Source of the DNA: an uncultured Thiotrichales bacterium
GTDB lineage: Bacteria > Pseudomonadota > Gammaproteobacteria > UBA4575
Length of the DNA: 64,000 nt
Reading direction: 5' to 3'
NCBI GenBank assembly: GCA_964614915.1
Contig: CAZTNC010000011.1
Location: 280,705-344,704 of the forward strand
In this document: in pieces, positions 44,144 to 54,432 of the stretch
Numbering within the stretch: position 1 is the first letter of the stretch
Layout: the number at the start of each line of letters is the position of its first letter
Notes under the pieces: model-generated
What the model was told of the DNA's origin: nothing
The model's database searches: none
What the model saw: only the letters and a program-made list of their open reading frames with translations
Program-made: the position numbers and the translations under genes

Positions 44144-44258
44144 AGCACTTCGAGTATAGCCGCAAACAAGGATTTGGAACCAGCGCGAAGAAGGCGGTTC
44201 GCTGCATGTGTGTGCACCCGCACTGCGGACACGTCAAGGGTTACAAGCCTGGAGGGAT

Positions 44259-44474
44259 TCAGTAAAGCCGCCGGCGTCGCAGGCTGGTTCGCGCCACGCG
44301 CTTCAGGTTGCGCTTGACGGCTGCGGCCGCTTTGCGTTTGCGCACCTCGGTAGGCTTTTCATAGTATTCGCGTCGACGCACTTCAGTAATGATTCCCGCT
44401 TTTTCGCAAGAGCGTCGAAATCGCCGCAAGGCAAAGTCGAACGGTTCATTTTCTTTTACACGTACACCGGGCAT
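44259..44474 (-). CDS. rpsU: 30S ribosomal protein S21
   Basis: 71 aa. [28 protein letters not shown] matches bS21. Confidence 0.9.
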   Translation of the reverse strand: MPGVRVKENEPFDFALRRFRRSCEKAGIITEVRRREYYEKPTEVRKRKAAAAVKRNLKRVARTSLRRRRLY

Positions 44475-44816
44475 TCAATACTGTCCTGATCCTAGGATGC
44501 TCAAACCAAAAAGAACCGCGATTATACCGACAGGTTCCTATATTTCAAATATATTTTGAGCAAAAACAATCTATTCGGCCCCCTCAAGGATTCAGCAGAT
44601 TTGCCATAAGTACAACCATGCCAAGGAGAAGAACCATCCGCGTGAACCATTTGATGATTGTTTCGAAAGCAAGTGAAAGCAGCTTCTGCATGAAAGGCAT
44701 TATTTGCGTGGTGAAAGGAGGTTAATGATGGTGATTTGGATTGTATACACGTTCTGTGAACGCCCGATGAAAATACATGCTATGTTTGCCGGGACGAACC
44801 ACACTAAGCTGTCCGC

Positions 44817-45827
44817 ATGCGAGTACTGGGTATTGAAACCTCTTGCGACGAAACCGCCGTTGCCGTGATCTGTGAACGCCAGGGACTGCTGGCCCACCAT
44901 CTGTATTCGCAGTCTGCCCTGCACAGCGAATACGGGGGCGTCGTTCCAGAACTGGCCTCACGCGATCATATTCGAAAGCTCGCGCCCCTGGTTGAGTCTG
45001 CAATACACACGGCGCGACTGTCTCTGAGAGAGGACATCGATGCCGTGGCCTATACCTCGGGGCCGGGACTGATGGGGGCCCTGATGGTGGGGGCCGGACT
45101 GGGCCGCAGCCTGGCCTTCGCACTCGACAAGCCAGCCGTGGCGGTTCATCACATGGAGGCCCACCTGCTGGCACCCCTGCTGGAGGAGGTTGCCCCCGCC
45201 TGCCCGTACGTGGCATTGCTGGTCTCGGGAGGACACACCCTGCTGGTTGAGGTCCGCTCGGTCGCACGCTATGCAGTGCTCGGAGAGAGCATTGATGATG
45301 CCGTTGGCGAGGCATTTGACAAAGTGGCGCTGATGTTGGGTCTCGGCTACCCAGGCGGGCCACAGATCCAGCGATTGGCCAGGCAGGGCGACCCGGAGCG
45401 TTTCATATTTCCCCGCCCGATGGTAAACCGTGCAGGGCTTGATTTCAGTTTCAGCGGGCTGAAGACCCATGTGCTTAGCACCCTGAAAGGGCTTGGAAAG
45501 CCGGATCACCAGGCCCGTGCCGATGTGGCGCGGGCCTTCGAGGACGCGGTTGTGGACACCCTGAGAATCAAGTGTACGCGGGCAATCGAGCACACGGGTG
45601 CGAAGACGCTGGTTGTGGCCGGGGGCGTCGGTGCGAACCAGAAGCTGCGCCAGCAGCTCATGCAGCGGCTGGGCGAGCAAGACGTGACGGTGATCTTTCC
45701 GGCACTTGAATTCTGCACGGACAATGCTGCCATGGTTGCGCAGTTGGGCCTGCTTAGGCTGCAAAGCGGAAGCCGCGAGCCGCTGCAGATCCGGGTTCAG
45801 CCTCGCTGGGCCCTCGAAGACGTCTGA
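44817..45827 (+). CDS. tsaD: tRNA N6-adenosine threonylcarbamoyltransferase
   Basis: [18 protein letters not shown]-terminus. Divergent from rpsU as in many gammaproteobacteria. Confidence 0.9.
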   Translation: MRVLGIETSCDETAVAVICERQGLLAHHLYSQSALHSEYGGVVPELASRDHIRKLAPLVESAIHTARLSLREDIDAVAYTSGPGLMGALMVGAGLGRSLAFALDKPAVAVHHMEAHLLAPLLEEVAPACPYVALLVSGGHTLLVEVRSVARYAVLGESIDDAVGEAFDKVALMLGLGYPGGPQIQRLARQGDPERFIFPRPMVNRAGLDFSFSGLKTHVLSTLKGLGKPDHQARADVARAFEDAVVDTLRIKCTRAIEHTGAKTLVVAGGVGANQKLRQQLMQRLGEQDVTVIFPALEFCTDNAAMVAQLGLLRLQSGSREPLQIRVQPRWALEDV

Positions 45828-46430
45828 CTAATCCTCCCCCAACCGGGCCTCCTTTCCTGCAAGCAGGTCGCGAATGTTGCTGACATGCCGCCAGAAGATC
45901 AGGGCGGTGATGACCGCAAGGACACCGGCGGTCCACATCTGTTCTGAAGGGGTGACAAGTACGAGACCCAAGGTAATCGACATGGCGGTCATGGCGGCCA
46001 CGGACGAATACCGGAACACCAATGCGGTGGCTAGCCAGACCAGGGCCCAAAACACGCCGAGCAGCCAGTCCATTGCCAGCAGGACACCCAATGTGGTCGC
46101 TACCCCTTTGCCGCCTCGAAAGTGATAATAGACTGGATAGATATGGCCAAGCACTGCCGCCAAGCCCACTGCGGCAACCAGCCGTGGGTCGTCCGTGAGC
46201 ACGGTGGTCAGCAGGACTGGCAGATAGCCTTTCAGGAGATCGCTCAGCAGCGTGATTGCTGCGGCCGATTTGTTGCCAACGCGCAATACATTGGTGGCGC
46301 CAGGGTTGCCGGACCCGGCGGTCCTTGGGTCCGGCAGGTGCAGGGCCTTGCTGGCCAGCACTGCACTGTTGATTGAGCCCAGTAGATATGCCGCAATGAC
46401 TACTGCGATCTGAAGAAGGATTACACCCAT
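45828..46430 (-). CDS. plsY: Glycerol-3-phosphate acyltransferase PlsY
   Basis: SGNPGATNVLR motif. 200-aa membrane protein. Confidence 0.85.
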   Translation of the reverse strand: MGVILLQIAVVIAAYLLGSINSAVLASKALHLPDPRTAGSGNPGATNVLRVGNKSAAAITLLSDLLKGYLPVLLTTVLTDDPRLVAAVGLAAVLGHIYPVYYHFRGGKGVATTLGVLLAMDWLLGVFWALVWLATALVFRYSSVAAMTAMSITLGLVLVTPSEQMWTAGVLAVITALIFWRHVSNIRDLLAGKEARLGED

Positions 46431-46440
46431 CTGAGGTACC

Positions 46441-47211
46441 GTGTCAAAACTGCACTGTTCAAAGTCCGGTCAAGGCCCGAATCTTGTATTGTTGCATGGA
46501 TGGGGGTCGAGTTCGAAAATCTGGCACAAGGTGGCTGGTGATCTGGCCTTGCAACATCAGGTCTGGTGCGTTGATCTGCCGGGACACGGACACAGTCACG
46601 CCGTGCACTGGGATTGCAGTCCCGGACAGGGGGTACAGCTGCTGGCCGACGTGCTGCCGCCTGCCGCAACTCTTCTGGGATGGTCCCTGGGGGGGCTGTG
46701 GGCCTTGCTGTATGCCAAACAGTATCCTGACCGGGTCGCCCACGTGATGCTCGTATCAAGTGCCCCAAGATTTACCGCAGCACCGGACTGGCCGCATGGC
46801 ATGGCACATACGGAGCTGCTGGATTTTTCGAGACAGTTCACGCAGGCTCCCCAGCGGACCCTGCAAAAATTCTGTTCGCTGCAGACCATCAACAGCGAAC
46901 ATGCGAAACCGACGCTTGTTGCATTGCGCAGCGCCCTGTCCGGTTCGCCCGATCATGTCGGGAATATCGCCTGGGGTTTGAAATGGCTGGAGCAGGTCGA
47001 CCTGCGCACCAATGGCAGGCTCTCGCACCTGCCTGTGGGCTTGCTGCATGGCGAGGAGGATCAGGTGTTGCCAGTCGGCACCGCCGAGGATACGAGTCGC
47101 ATTTGGCAGCATGCGCGGGTCGAGCGCATTGCCCGGGCCGGGCATGCTCCGTTTGTTTCACATCCCGAACAGTTTTTGCGATGGGTGAGCCAAAGTAAAA
47201 TCCATGAGTGA
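46441..47211 (+). CDS. bioH: Pimeloyl-[ACP] methyl ester esterase (alpha/beta hydrolase)
   Basis: LVLLHGWG and GWSLGG nucleophile elbow. It immediately precedes bioC. Confidence 0.7.
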   Translation: MSKLHCSKSGQGPNLVLLHGWGSSSKIWHKVAGDLALQHQVWCVDLPGHGHSHAVHWDCSPGQGVQLLADVLPPAATLLGWSLGGLWALLYAKQYPDRVAHVMLVSSAPRFTAAPDWPHGMAHTELLDFSRQFTQAPQRTLQKFCSLQTINSEHAKPTLVALRSALSGSPDHVGNIAWGLKWLEQVDLRTNGRLSHLPVGLLHGEEDQVLPVGTAEDTSRIWQHARVERIARAGHAPFVSHPEQFLRWVSQSKIHE

Positions 47212-48091
47212 GCATGCGGACATAAAAAAGCAGCGCGTGCGCGATGATTTCTCGAACGCTGCCGCCAGTTACGATACTGCAGCAGTGCTGCAACGCGAGG
47301 TGTGTGAGCGTACTCTTGAACGCGTGGACATGCTCAAGCTGCAACCTCGGCGGGTGCTCGATGTCGGAACCGCAACCGGTCGCAGCCTGAAGGGCCTTGC
47401 CACGCGTTTTCCCAACAGTTCGATGGTCGCTTGTGACCTTGCCTTGCCCATGCTGTCGTGGTGTCGCCGACATCACGATGCTCGGTATACGGACGCACTG
47501 GTATGCAATGATGCCGAACAGTTGCCTTTTGCGAACGGGTCGGTCGACCTGATTTTCTCTTCTTCAACGTTTCAGTGGTGTGTGAACCTGCCGCAGGTAT
47601 TTTCCGAATGCATGCGGGTGCTGCGCATCGAAGGTGTGTTGATATTTTCCACATTCGGGCCGGATACCCTGCACCAGTTGCGCGATAGTTTTGCAAGACT
47701 GGACGATTACCGGCATGTACACGAGTTTGTCGACATGCACCATATCGGAGACATGCTGCTAGCAGAACATTTCACGGACCCGGTCGTTGACATGGAGATG
47801 ATCGATATTCAATATCAATCCCTGCCGCAGTTGCTGCAGGATCTGAAAGACACAGGCAGCCGTGGAAAATTTGGCTCCACGCATGACACGGCTCCAGGGC
47901 TGATGGGCAAACAGAAATACCGCACGCTCGTGCAGGCATACGAAGAGTACCGCCTGGACAACGGCATGCTTCCGGCAAGCTACGAAGTGATTTACGGGTA
48001 TGCCCGCAAGTCGGCGAACCCTGCGCCAGAAACAGCAGACGGCAACGAGGTCAGGATACCGGTCGACCAACTGCAAGGCAGGAACCGGTAG
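47204..48091 (+). CDS. bioC: Malonyl-[ACP] O-methyltransferase
   Basis: SAM-methyltransferase motif VLDVGTATG and a BioC-like C-terminal region. Overlaps the bioH stop. Confidence 0.7.
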   Translation: MSEHADIKKQRVRDDFSNAAASYDTAAVLQREVCERTLERVDMLKLQPRRVLDVGTATGRSLKGLATRFPNSSMVACDLALPMLSWCRRHHDARYTDALVCNDAEQLPFANGSVDLIFSSSTFQWCVNLPQVFSECMRVLRIEGVLIFSTFGPDTLHQLRDSFARLDDYRHVHEFVDMHHIGDMLLAEHFTDPVVDMEMIDIQYQSLPQLLQDLKDTGSRGKFGSTHDTAPGLMGKQKYRTLVQAYEEYRLDNGMLPASYEVIYGYARKSANPAPETADGNEVRIPVDQLQGRNR

Positions 48092-48188
48092 GTGGCTTGC
48101 GAGCGGTGCCGACATGAAATGACGTGGCTTCATCTGCAGGGGCAGACGGGGTTGCGGGAGTAAGAAAAATTCAGGACCGAAGATATGC

Positions 48189-49229
48189 ATGAGTGTTACA
48201 AGTCAGATGGACAATAAGCGCAGAAACCGGTTTCGGACCTTGGCCTTGGTCAGCTGTGCACTGGCTTTGCTGGTGGTGGTGCTGGGCGCCTATGTACGCC
48301 TTTCTGATGCAGGACTGGGCTGCCCGGACTGGCCTGGATGTTACGGCCATCTGCTGGGCATTCCGGAATCTGAGCAAGAAATCTTGCAGGCCAACCGTGC
48401 CTTTCCCGAGCGTGCAGTGGAAGCGGACAAGGCCTGGAAAGAGATGGCTCATCGCTATTTTGCGGGTGTGCTCGGCATTCTGATCCTGGTTCTCGCCGTG
48501 ATGGGCCTGCGCAATCGCAAGGACCCGGGGCAGCCCGTGGGCCTGCCGGTGTTTCTGGTGGGCCTGGTAATTTTTCAGGCCCTGCTCGGGATGTGGACGG
48601 TGACCTTGTTGCTCAAGCCAGTGATCGTCATGCTGCATCTGATTGGCGGCTTTGCCGTGTTGTCATTGCTGTGGTGGACGTACCTGGATACCGGTACCGA
48701 GCGGCTGATCTACCGCCAGCGCCTCAGCCATGCAATTCTGCCGATGCTGGTGGCTGGCTTGTTGCTGTTGATCGGACAGATCATTCTGGGTGGCTGGACC
48801 AGCGCAAATTACGCAGCGCTCGCCTGCATTGATTTTCCGACCTGCCAAGGGCAGTGGTGGCCGCCCATGGATTTCAAGGAAGGTTTCGTGTTCTGGCGCG
48901 GCCTCGGCACCAATTATGAATTCGGGGTGCTGGATAACCCGGCGCGCACGGCCATTCACTTGAGCCATCGATACATGGCTGTCGTGGTGGCTGCTTACTG
49001 GGTGGTATTGCTGATCTACCTGCTGGCCACGAGCCAGGCCACGGCGTCGTTGCGCATCGCCAGTATCGTGACCCTGCTGTTGTTGTCGGGCCAGTTGGCG
49101 TTAGGGATATCGAATATTGTGCTGCACCTGCCAATCGCTGTGGCCGTCATGCACAACGGAGGGGCAGCCCTGCTGCTGCTCAGCGTAGTGACTTTGGTAT
49201 ATCTCGCCCGCAGCGAGGCGGGCCGGTGA
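48189..49229 (+). CDS. ctaA: Heme A synthase (COX15/CtaA)
   Basis: GLGCPDWPGCYG cysteine motif. Multi-TM protein with His-containing helices. Confidence 0.75.
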   Translation: MSVTSQMDNKRRNRFRTLALVSCALALLVVVLGAYVRLSDAGLGCPDWPGCYGHLLGIPESEQEILQANRAFPERAVEADKAWKEMAHRYFAGVLGILILVLAVMGLRNRKDPGQPVGLPVFLVGLVIFQALLGMWTVTLLLKPVIVMLHLIGGFAVLSLLWWTYLDTGTERLIYRQRLSHAILPMLVAGLLLLIGQIILGGWTSANYAALACIDFPTCQGQWWPPMDFKEGFVFWRGLGTNYEFGVLDNPARTAIHLSHRYMAVVVAAYWVVLLIYLLATSQATASLRIASIVTLLLLSGQLALGISNIVLHLPIAVAVMHNGGAALLLLSVVTLVYLARSEAGR

Positions 49230-49238
49230 CGACGAAAA

Positions 49239-50141
49239 TCAGCTGACGACTGCAGCCTTGAGTGCCTGGATGGCGTTGCTCTCCAGCTGGCGTATGCGCT
49301 CTGCCGAAACCTCGTACTTGGCAGCAAGTTCCTGCAGGGTGGCGCGCTTCTCGCTTAACCAGCGCTGTGCGATGATGTCCCTGCTGCGCTCGTCCAACAC
49401 GGTCAGTGCAGTTTGCAGTTGCCGGGCCTGATGGGATTCCCAGTCCTCGTGTTCGACCTGCAGTTCCGGGTTGTCTTCTTCATGGCTCAGGTAGGCCGCG
49501 GGTGCAAAGTGACCTGACTCGTCCTTATGCTCATCGTGATCCTGATCAAATCCGAGGTCATGATTGCTGAGCCGCTTTTCCATCTCCACCACTTCGCTGC
49601 GCTTGACGCCGAGTTCCTTGGCGACCGTGTCCACCTCATCCTGATTCAGCCAGGCCAAACGTTTCTTGGAGTTGCGCAGGTTGAAGAACAGCTTGCGCTG
49701 GGCCTTGGTGGTTGCAACTTTGACAATGCGCCAGTTGCGCAGTACGAACTCATGGATCTCGGCGCGAATCCAGTGCACCGCAAACGAAACCAGACGCACG
49801 CCCTTGTGCGGGTTGAAGCGGTTGACAGCCTTCATCAGCCCGACATTGCCTTCCTGAACCAGGTCCGCAAGCGGCAGGCCGTATCCTAGGTACCCACGCG
49901 CCACATGGATCACGAACCGCAGGTTGTGAATGATCAGGGTACGTGCTGCATCCAGGTCGTTGTCCTCATACAGGCGCAGTGCCAGGGCATGTTCCTCTTC
50001 CATGCTCAGCACCGGAATCTGCAACGTTGAGGCGATGTAGCTGTCCAGATTGGCAGTGGAAATCGCCGTTGAAGCTTGCAGAGGTTGTATGGAGGTTGCC
50101 ACGATTCTCAAGTTCTCCCAGGTTGGAGTTTTTCGTTTCAA
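49239..50141 (-). CDS. rpoH: RNA polymerase sigma-32 heat-shock factor
   Basis: NLDSYI, region 2 ([30 protein letters not shown]) and the RpoH box motif QRKLFFNLR. Sits downstream of ftsYEX as in E. coli. Confidence 0.85.
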   Translation of the reverse strand: MKRKTPTWENLRIVATSIQPLQASTAISTANLDSYIASTLQIPVLSMEEEHALALRLYEDNDLDAARTLIIHNLRFVIHVARGYLGYGLPLADLVQEGNVGLMKAVNRFNPHKGVRLVSFAVHWIRAEIHEFVLRNWRIVKVATTKAQRKLFFNLRNSKKRLAWLNQDEVDTVAKELGVKRSEVVEMEKRLSNHDLGFDQDHDEHKDESGHFAPAAYLSHEEDNPELQVEHEDWESHQARQLQTALTVLDERSRDIIAQRWLSEKRATLQELAAKYEVSAERIRQLESNAIQALKAAVVS

Positions 50142-50158
50142 TCTTTTTCCACGGGTAA

Positions 50159-50189
50159 TTTTAGCACTCTTTTATATAGAGTGCTAAAA
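50159..50189. promoter_or_regulatory. Perfect 12-bp inverted repeat (TTTTAGCACTCT-N7-AGAGTGCTAAAA) in the ftsX-rpoH intergenic region: candidate operator or ftsX terminator
   Basis: Read directly from the sequence. The AT-rich context contrasts with a 63% GC genome. Lies about 20-50 bp upstream of the rpoH start. Confidence 0.35.
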
Positions 50190-50336
50190 ATTTTTCATAT
50201 TAAAAATCATATGCTTATGACATATGAACAAAGGCTTTACCGGCGGGATGTACAGGATGACGAAGATCTCCCATTGCTGAATTTTGTAGGTCAAGGGCCA
50301 GGATGCTGGCGAGAGTATCTGTCTTGGACCTGATGT

Positions 50337-51305
50337 TCAGCTGGGTTCTATCCGCACGATGTGGCGTCCAACTGCCAGCCATGAACCCAGAAGTCCCAGC
50401 ACAATACTGGTCGCGACCAGCGCCAGGCCCTGCTTGAGATCCGGAAAGATCAACTCGAAATTGCTGTTGTACAGTCCAATCAGGTGTTGTGCAGGTGCTT
50501 CGATAAAGTGCAGCACGAGCAGCACCAGTAATAGCGCCAGACTTCCTCCCAGCAGACCATACCACATGCCACCGTACAGGAAGGGCCTGCGCACGAAGCG
50601 GTTGGTCGCACCGATCAGCTTGGCGACCTCGATTTCCTCGCGTCGATTCTCAATGTCCAGGCGGATGCTGTTGCCGACCACCAGCAGCACGGAAATGGCC
50701 AGGGTGATGCCCAGCATCATGATCGCACGGTGCACCACTCCAGTGATGGCCTGCAACCGCTGCAACCATTGCAGGTCGAGCTGTACCTGCTCGACTTGGG
50801 GGTAGGTCCCGAGATCCTGGACCAGACGGTCCAGATGACCGGCCTGCTTGGCATGCTCAAACGGGGTCAGGGTCAGAGTTGGCGGCAGAGGATTTTCCTC
50901 CAGCCCTTCGATCAGGTATTCGAGCTTGCTGAGTTTGCGAAACTCCTCCAAGGCCTGCTGTGCTGATACGTACTTGATGCTTTCGATCTCCTCGAGCGCG
51001 GCCAGGCGCGTGCGAAGTGTCTTGATCTCGGTTTCACTGCTGTCCACGTTCAAAAACAGCGTGATTTGTCCGGAGTCGTCCCATTTTTCGGTGATCGCCT
51101 GCAGATTATCCAGCAGCAGGTACATACAGGCCGGTAGCGCCAGCGCTACGGCGATCATGAGGATAGTCAGCGTCGATGCGAACGGGTGGCGGTACAGCTT
51201 GCCGAGGCTGAATACCAGGCTGCGCAGATGCTCGCGCACCAGCGCACGAAAGCGCATCAGGGAGTTCGGCCGATTCGGGGAAGGTCTGCGTCGGGATACC
51301 TGCAT
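50337..51305 (-). CDS. ftsX: Cell division ABC transporter permease FtsX
   Basis: Four TM segments with an FtsX-like periplasmic domain. Follows ftsE. Confidence 0.8.
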   Translation of the reverse strand: MQVSRRRPSPNRPNSLMRFRALVREHLRSLVFSLGKLYRHPFASTLTILMIAVALALPACMYLLLDNLQAITEKWDDSGQITLFLNVDSSETEIKTLRTRLAALEEIESIKYVSAQQALEEFRKLSKLEYLIEGLEENPLPPTLTLTPFEHAKQAGHLDRLVQDLGTYPQVEQVQLDLQWLQRLQAITGVVHRAIMMLGITLAISVLLVVGNSIRLDIENRREEIEVAKLIGATNRFVRRPFLYGGMWYGLLGGSLALLLVLLVLHFIEAPAQHLIGLYNSNFELIFPDLKQGLALVATSIVLGLLGSWLAVGRHIVRIEPS

Positions 51306-51342
51306 GTTCCTGTGAAGGTTTGTGCTGCCGTGTTACCTGCTA

Positions 51343-52014
51343 TCAGGCCGGTTGTGCCTGTCCATTGATGCACTGTCCGTCCTGCAGGCGGATAATGCGT
51401 TTGCCCAGACGGGAAATCAGGTCCAGATCATGACTGGCGATCAGCACGGTGACACCGACCTGGTTGAACTCGGAAAAAAGCTGCATGATCTCGGCCGACA
51501 AACCCGGGTCCAGGTTGCCAGTCGGTTCGTCCGCCAGCAAAATTGCCGGCTTGTGGACGACCGCACGTGCGATCCCGACCCGCTGCTGTTCCCCCCCGGA
51601 CAATGTGATGGGCATGGCCTTTTCCTTGTTCAGTAATGCCACCTTGTCCAGAGCAGCCCGCACCCGGCGGCTGATTTCTGCCCGCGCATAACCTGCGATC
51701 TGCAACGGCAGGGACACGTTGTCGAAGACACTGCGGTCGTACAGCAGATGGTGATCCTGGAATACGATTCCCATGAATCTTCGCAAGTTGGGAATCTTGC
51801 GCTTGGGGATGTGTGTGATATTTTTCTGGTTGACCAAAATCCGGCCCCGGGTCGGGCGCTCGATGGCCGCAATCAGTTTCAGCAAGGTGCTTTTGCCCGC
51901 ACCCGAAGGCCCGGTGAGAAATGCCATTTCGCCACGTTCGAGCACCAGGTCCAGTTGCGTCAGGGCTTCACGGTTTCCCGGGTATCGCTTGGTGACATTC
52001 TGCAGTTCAATCAT
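51343..52014 (-). CDS. ftsE: Cell division ABC transporter ATP-binding protein FtsE
   Basis: Walker A GPSGAGKST. ABC signature LSGGEQQR. Walker B ILLADEPTGNLD. Confidence 0.9.
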   Translation of the reverse strand: MIELQNVTKRYPGNREALTQLDLVLERGEMAFLTGPSGAGKSTLLKLIAAIERPTRGRILVNQKNITHIPKRKIPNLRRFMGIVFQDHHLLYDRSVFDNVSLPLQIAGYARAEISRRVRAALDKVALLNKEKAMPITLSGGEQQRVGIARAVVHKPAILLADEPTGNLDPGLSAEIMQLFSEFNQVGVTVLIASHDLDLISRLGKRIIRLQDGQCINGQAQPA

Positions 52015-52041
52015 CGGTCCGTGCCTGACACCGGTTCCTGC

Positions 52042-52956
52042 CTAGGCATGCAACAGGGCTTCGGCATACCGGTAGGCATCAAATACGCGCAAATCCTCGA
52101 TGCCCTCACCCACACCAATATAGCGAATCGGGATCTCCAGCCGATCGGCGATGGCAATGACGGTGCCACCCTTGGCCGTACCATCCAGCTTGGTCACACA
52201 CAGGCCTGTAAGGTTCAGTACCTCGTGAAAGCCTAGCGCCTGCTTCAGGGCATTTTGTCCGGTACCGGCTTCCAGCACCAGCAGGATTTCATGCGGTGCC
52301 TCGGGCTCTATTTTTTGCATGGCCCGCTTGATCTTGAGCAGTTCGTCCATCAGGTTTTGCTGGGTATGCAGCCGCCCTGCAGTATCGGCAATCAGCACGT
52401 CGATGTCGCGTGCCTTCGCAGACTGGTATGCATCGAACACGACGGCGGCGCTGTCCGCCCCGCTTTTTTGCGCTACCACAGGCACCTCAATTTTCTTTCC
52501 CCAGGATTGCAACTGCTCGACCGCTGCCGCACGAAAGGTATCCCCGGCGGCCAGCATCACGGTCTGGTCCTGCCCGGTCAGGCGGTGGGCAATCTTGCCG
52601 ATGGTGGTGGTCTTGCCCGCCCCGTTGATGCCGACCACCAGAATGGTGAAGGGCTTGCTGCCACGGGTCAGTAGTGGCTTGTTGCAGGCCGCCATGATTT
52701 CTGCGAGGCTTTCCTGCAGAAGTGCATCCGCCCCCTGGGCCTCACCGCTGCGACTGCGCAGGCGCGTTTTCAGATCGTCGATGATCCGGGTAGTCGTCTC
52801 GATACCCACATCCGCGAGCAGCAAGCGGTCTTCCAGTTCACTGAGCAGATCCTCGCTGTTATTCCGCCACGCAGCCGCAGGGATGCCACTGGTTAGCACA
52901 TTTCTGGTTTTTTGCAGGCCCAGGCGCAGCCGTGAAAAAACTCCGGTTTCAGGCAT
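52042..52956 (-). CDS. ftsY: Signal recognition particle receptor FtsY (NG domain only, short form)
   Basis: GINGAGKTTTIGK GTPase motif, DTAGR and TKLDGTAKGG. Confidence 0.85.
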   Translation of the reverse strand: MPETGVFSRLRLGLQKTRNVLTSGIPAAAWRNNSEDLLSELEDRLLLADVGIETTTRIIDDLKTRLRSRSGEAQGADALLQESLAEIMAACNKPLLTRGSKPFTILVVGINGAGKTTTIGKIAHRLTGQDQTVMLAAGDTFRAAAVEQLQSWGKKIEVPVVAQKSGADSAAVVFDAYQSAKARDIDVLIADTAGRLHTQQNLMDELLKIKRAMQKIEPEAPHEILLVLEAGTGQNALKQALGFHEVLNLTGLCVTKLDGTAKGGTVIAIADRLEIPIRYIGVGEGIEDLRVFDAYRYAEALLHA

Positions 52957-53049
52957 GGATTTCGGGCAAACAGTTATAGTAAGGTTCGCTGATCATACAT
53001 CAATGCATCCGACGCGATGCTAATCCTAACATCCCAACACCCATCATTT

Positions 53050-54432
53050 ATGGAAGTAGCCAAAATTGCCGGACTGCTGCTGGGCCTGGCACTCTTTGGC
53101 CATGCGCAGGCCGGTTCCGGGAACACCCACGAGATGGTGTTGGACAATGGCCTGAAAGTCATTGTCAAGGAAGATCATCGAGCCCCTGTGGCGGTTTCCC
53201 AAATCTGGTACCGCGTGGGATCTGCCCAGGAACATAACGGTATCACCGGAATATCCCACATGCTCGAGCACATGATGTTCAAGGGCACGGAAAAATATTC
53301 TGCCGAGAAATTTACATCGACACTGGCGGAAATCGGCGCACGTGACAATGCATTCACCGGGCGCGACTACACTGCCTACTTTCAAGTAATGGGCCGCGAT
53401 CACCTGGAGGTGAGTTTCGACATCGAGTCGGACCGCATGGTCAACCTGATCCTCACACAGGAAGATTTTGACAGCGAGCGCGAGGTCGTCAAGGAGGAGC
53501 GACGTTTGCGCACCGACGATGATCCGAATGCACTCGTCTACGAGCAACTGAGTGCAGCCGCTTTCTCCAGCAGTCCGTATCACCACCCAGTGATCGGATG
53601 GATGAACGATCTGGAGCATCTCGAGCTTGAGGATCTGAGTCGTTGGTACCAACGCTGGTATGCGCCAAACAACGCCAGCTTGGTAGTGGTGGGGGATGTT
53701 GAGCCCGAGGCCGTGTTTGCTTTGGCCCGCAAGTACTTCGGCGCAATCGAGCGCCGGCATATCCGCAACAGCAAGCCGCGGGTCGAGCCCGTCCAGAGCG
53801 GGCTGCGCCGCATCAAGGTGAAAGCCGTCGCCAAACTGCCGTACATTCTGTTGGGATACAAGGCGCCGAGCCTGACCACGGCTGAACAGGACTGGGAACC
53901 ATATGCCCTGTCGGTACTGTCCGGCGTGCTCGACGGGGGCCGCAGCGCGCGGCTCAGCAAGCACTTGGTGCGGGAAATGGAAATAGCCGCCAGTGCAGGC
54001 GCCGGATACAGTCTGTATGCCCGCTATCCCACCCTGTTCCTGATGGAGGCCACGCCTGCGCCACAGCACAACCTGGAGGATGTCGAGCAGGCCCTCTATG
54101 CCGAGATTCGGGCACTGCAGGAAGATCTGGTCAGCGAACGGGAACTTGCCCGTGTCAAGGCACAGGTCATCGCCAGCGAAGTGTATGCGCAGGACTCCAT
54201 CCGTGCGCAAGCTGGCGTAATTGGCCGACTTGAATCGGCGGGACTGGGCTGGCGTGTGATGGACGAATACAGCCGGCGCATCAATGCGATCAGTGCCGAG
54301 CAGGTGCGCCAGGTGGCCCGCACCTACCTAATCGAGGACCGCCTCACCGTGTCCGTACTGGAGCCGTTGCGCGAACCGCTGCAAGCCGGCGGGAGGATCG
54401 GTGCGGCTGTGGTATCCGATGCTGCACACTAG
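53050..54432 (+). CDS. M16 family zinc metallopeptidase (pitrilysin-like), secreted, active-site subunit
   Basis: Signal peptide MEVAKIAGLLLGLALFGHAQA. Inverted zinc motif HMLEHMMF (HxxEH). Confidence 0.75.
   Translation: MEVAKIAGLLLGLALFGHAQAGSGNTHEMVLDNGLKVIVKEDHRAPVAVSQIWYRVGSAQEHNGITGISHMLEHMMFKGTEKYSAEKFTSTLAEIGARDNAFTGRDYTAYFQVMGRDHLEVSFDIESDRMVNLILTQEDFDSEREVVKEERRLRTDDDPNALVYEQLSAAAFSSSPYHHPVIGWMNDLEHLELEDLSRWYQRWYAPNNASLVVVGDVEPEAVFALARKYFGAIERRHIRNSKPRVEPVQSGLRRIKVKAVAKLPYILLGYKAPSLTTAEQDWEPYALSVLSGVLDGGRSARLSKHLVREMEIAASAGAGYSLYARYPTLFLMEATPAPQHNLEDVEQALYAEIRALQEDLVSERELARVKAQVIASEVYAQDSIRAQAGVIGRLESAGLGWRVMDEYSRRINAISAEQVRQVARTYLIEDRLTVSVLEPLREPLQAGGRIGAAVVSDAAH

Noticed and set aside
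53044-54210. 388-aa minus-strand ORF antisense to the first M16 peptidase
   Set aside because: No motifs. The sense frame has a signal peptide and HxxEH.
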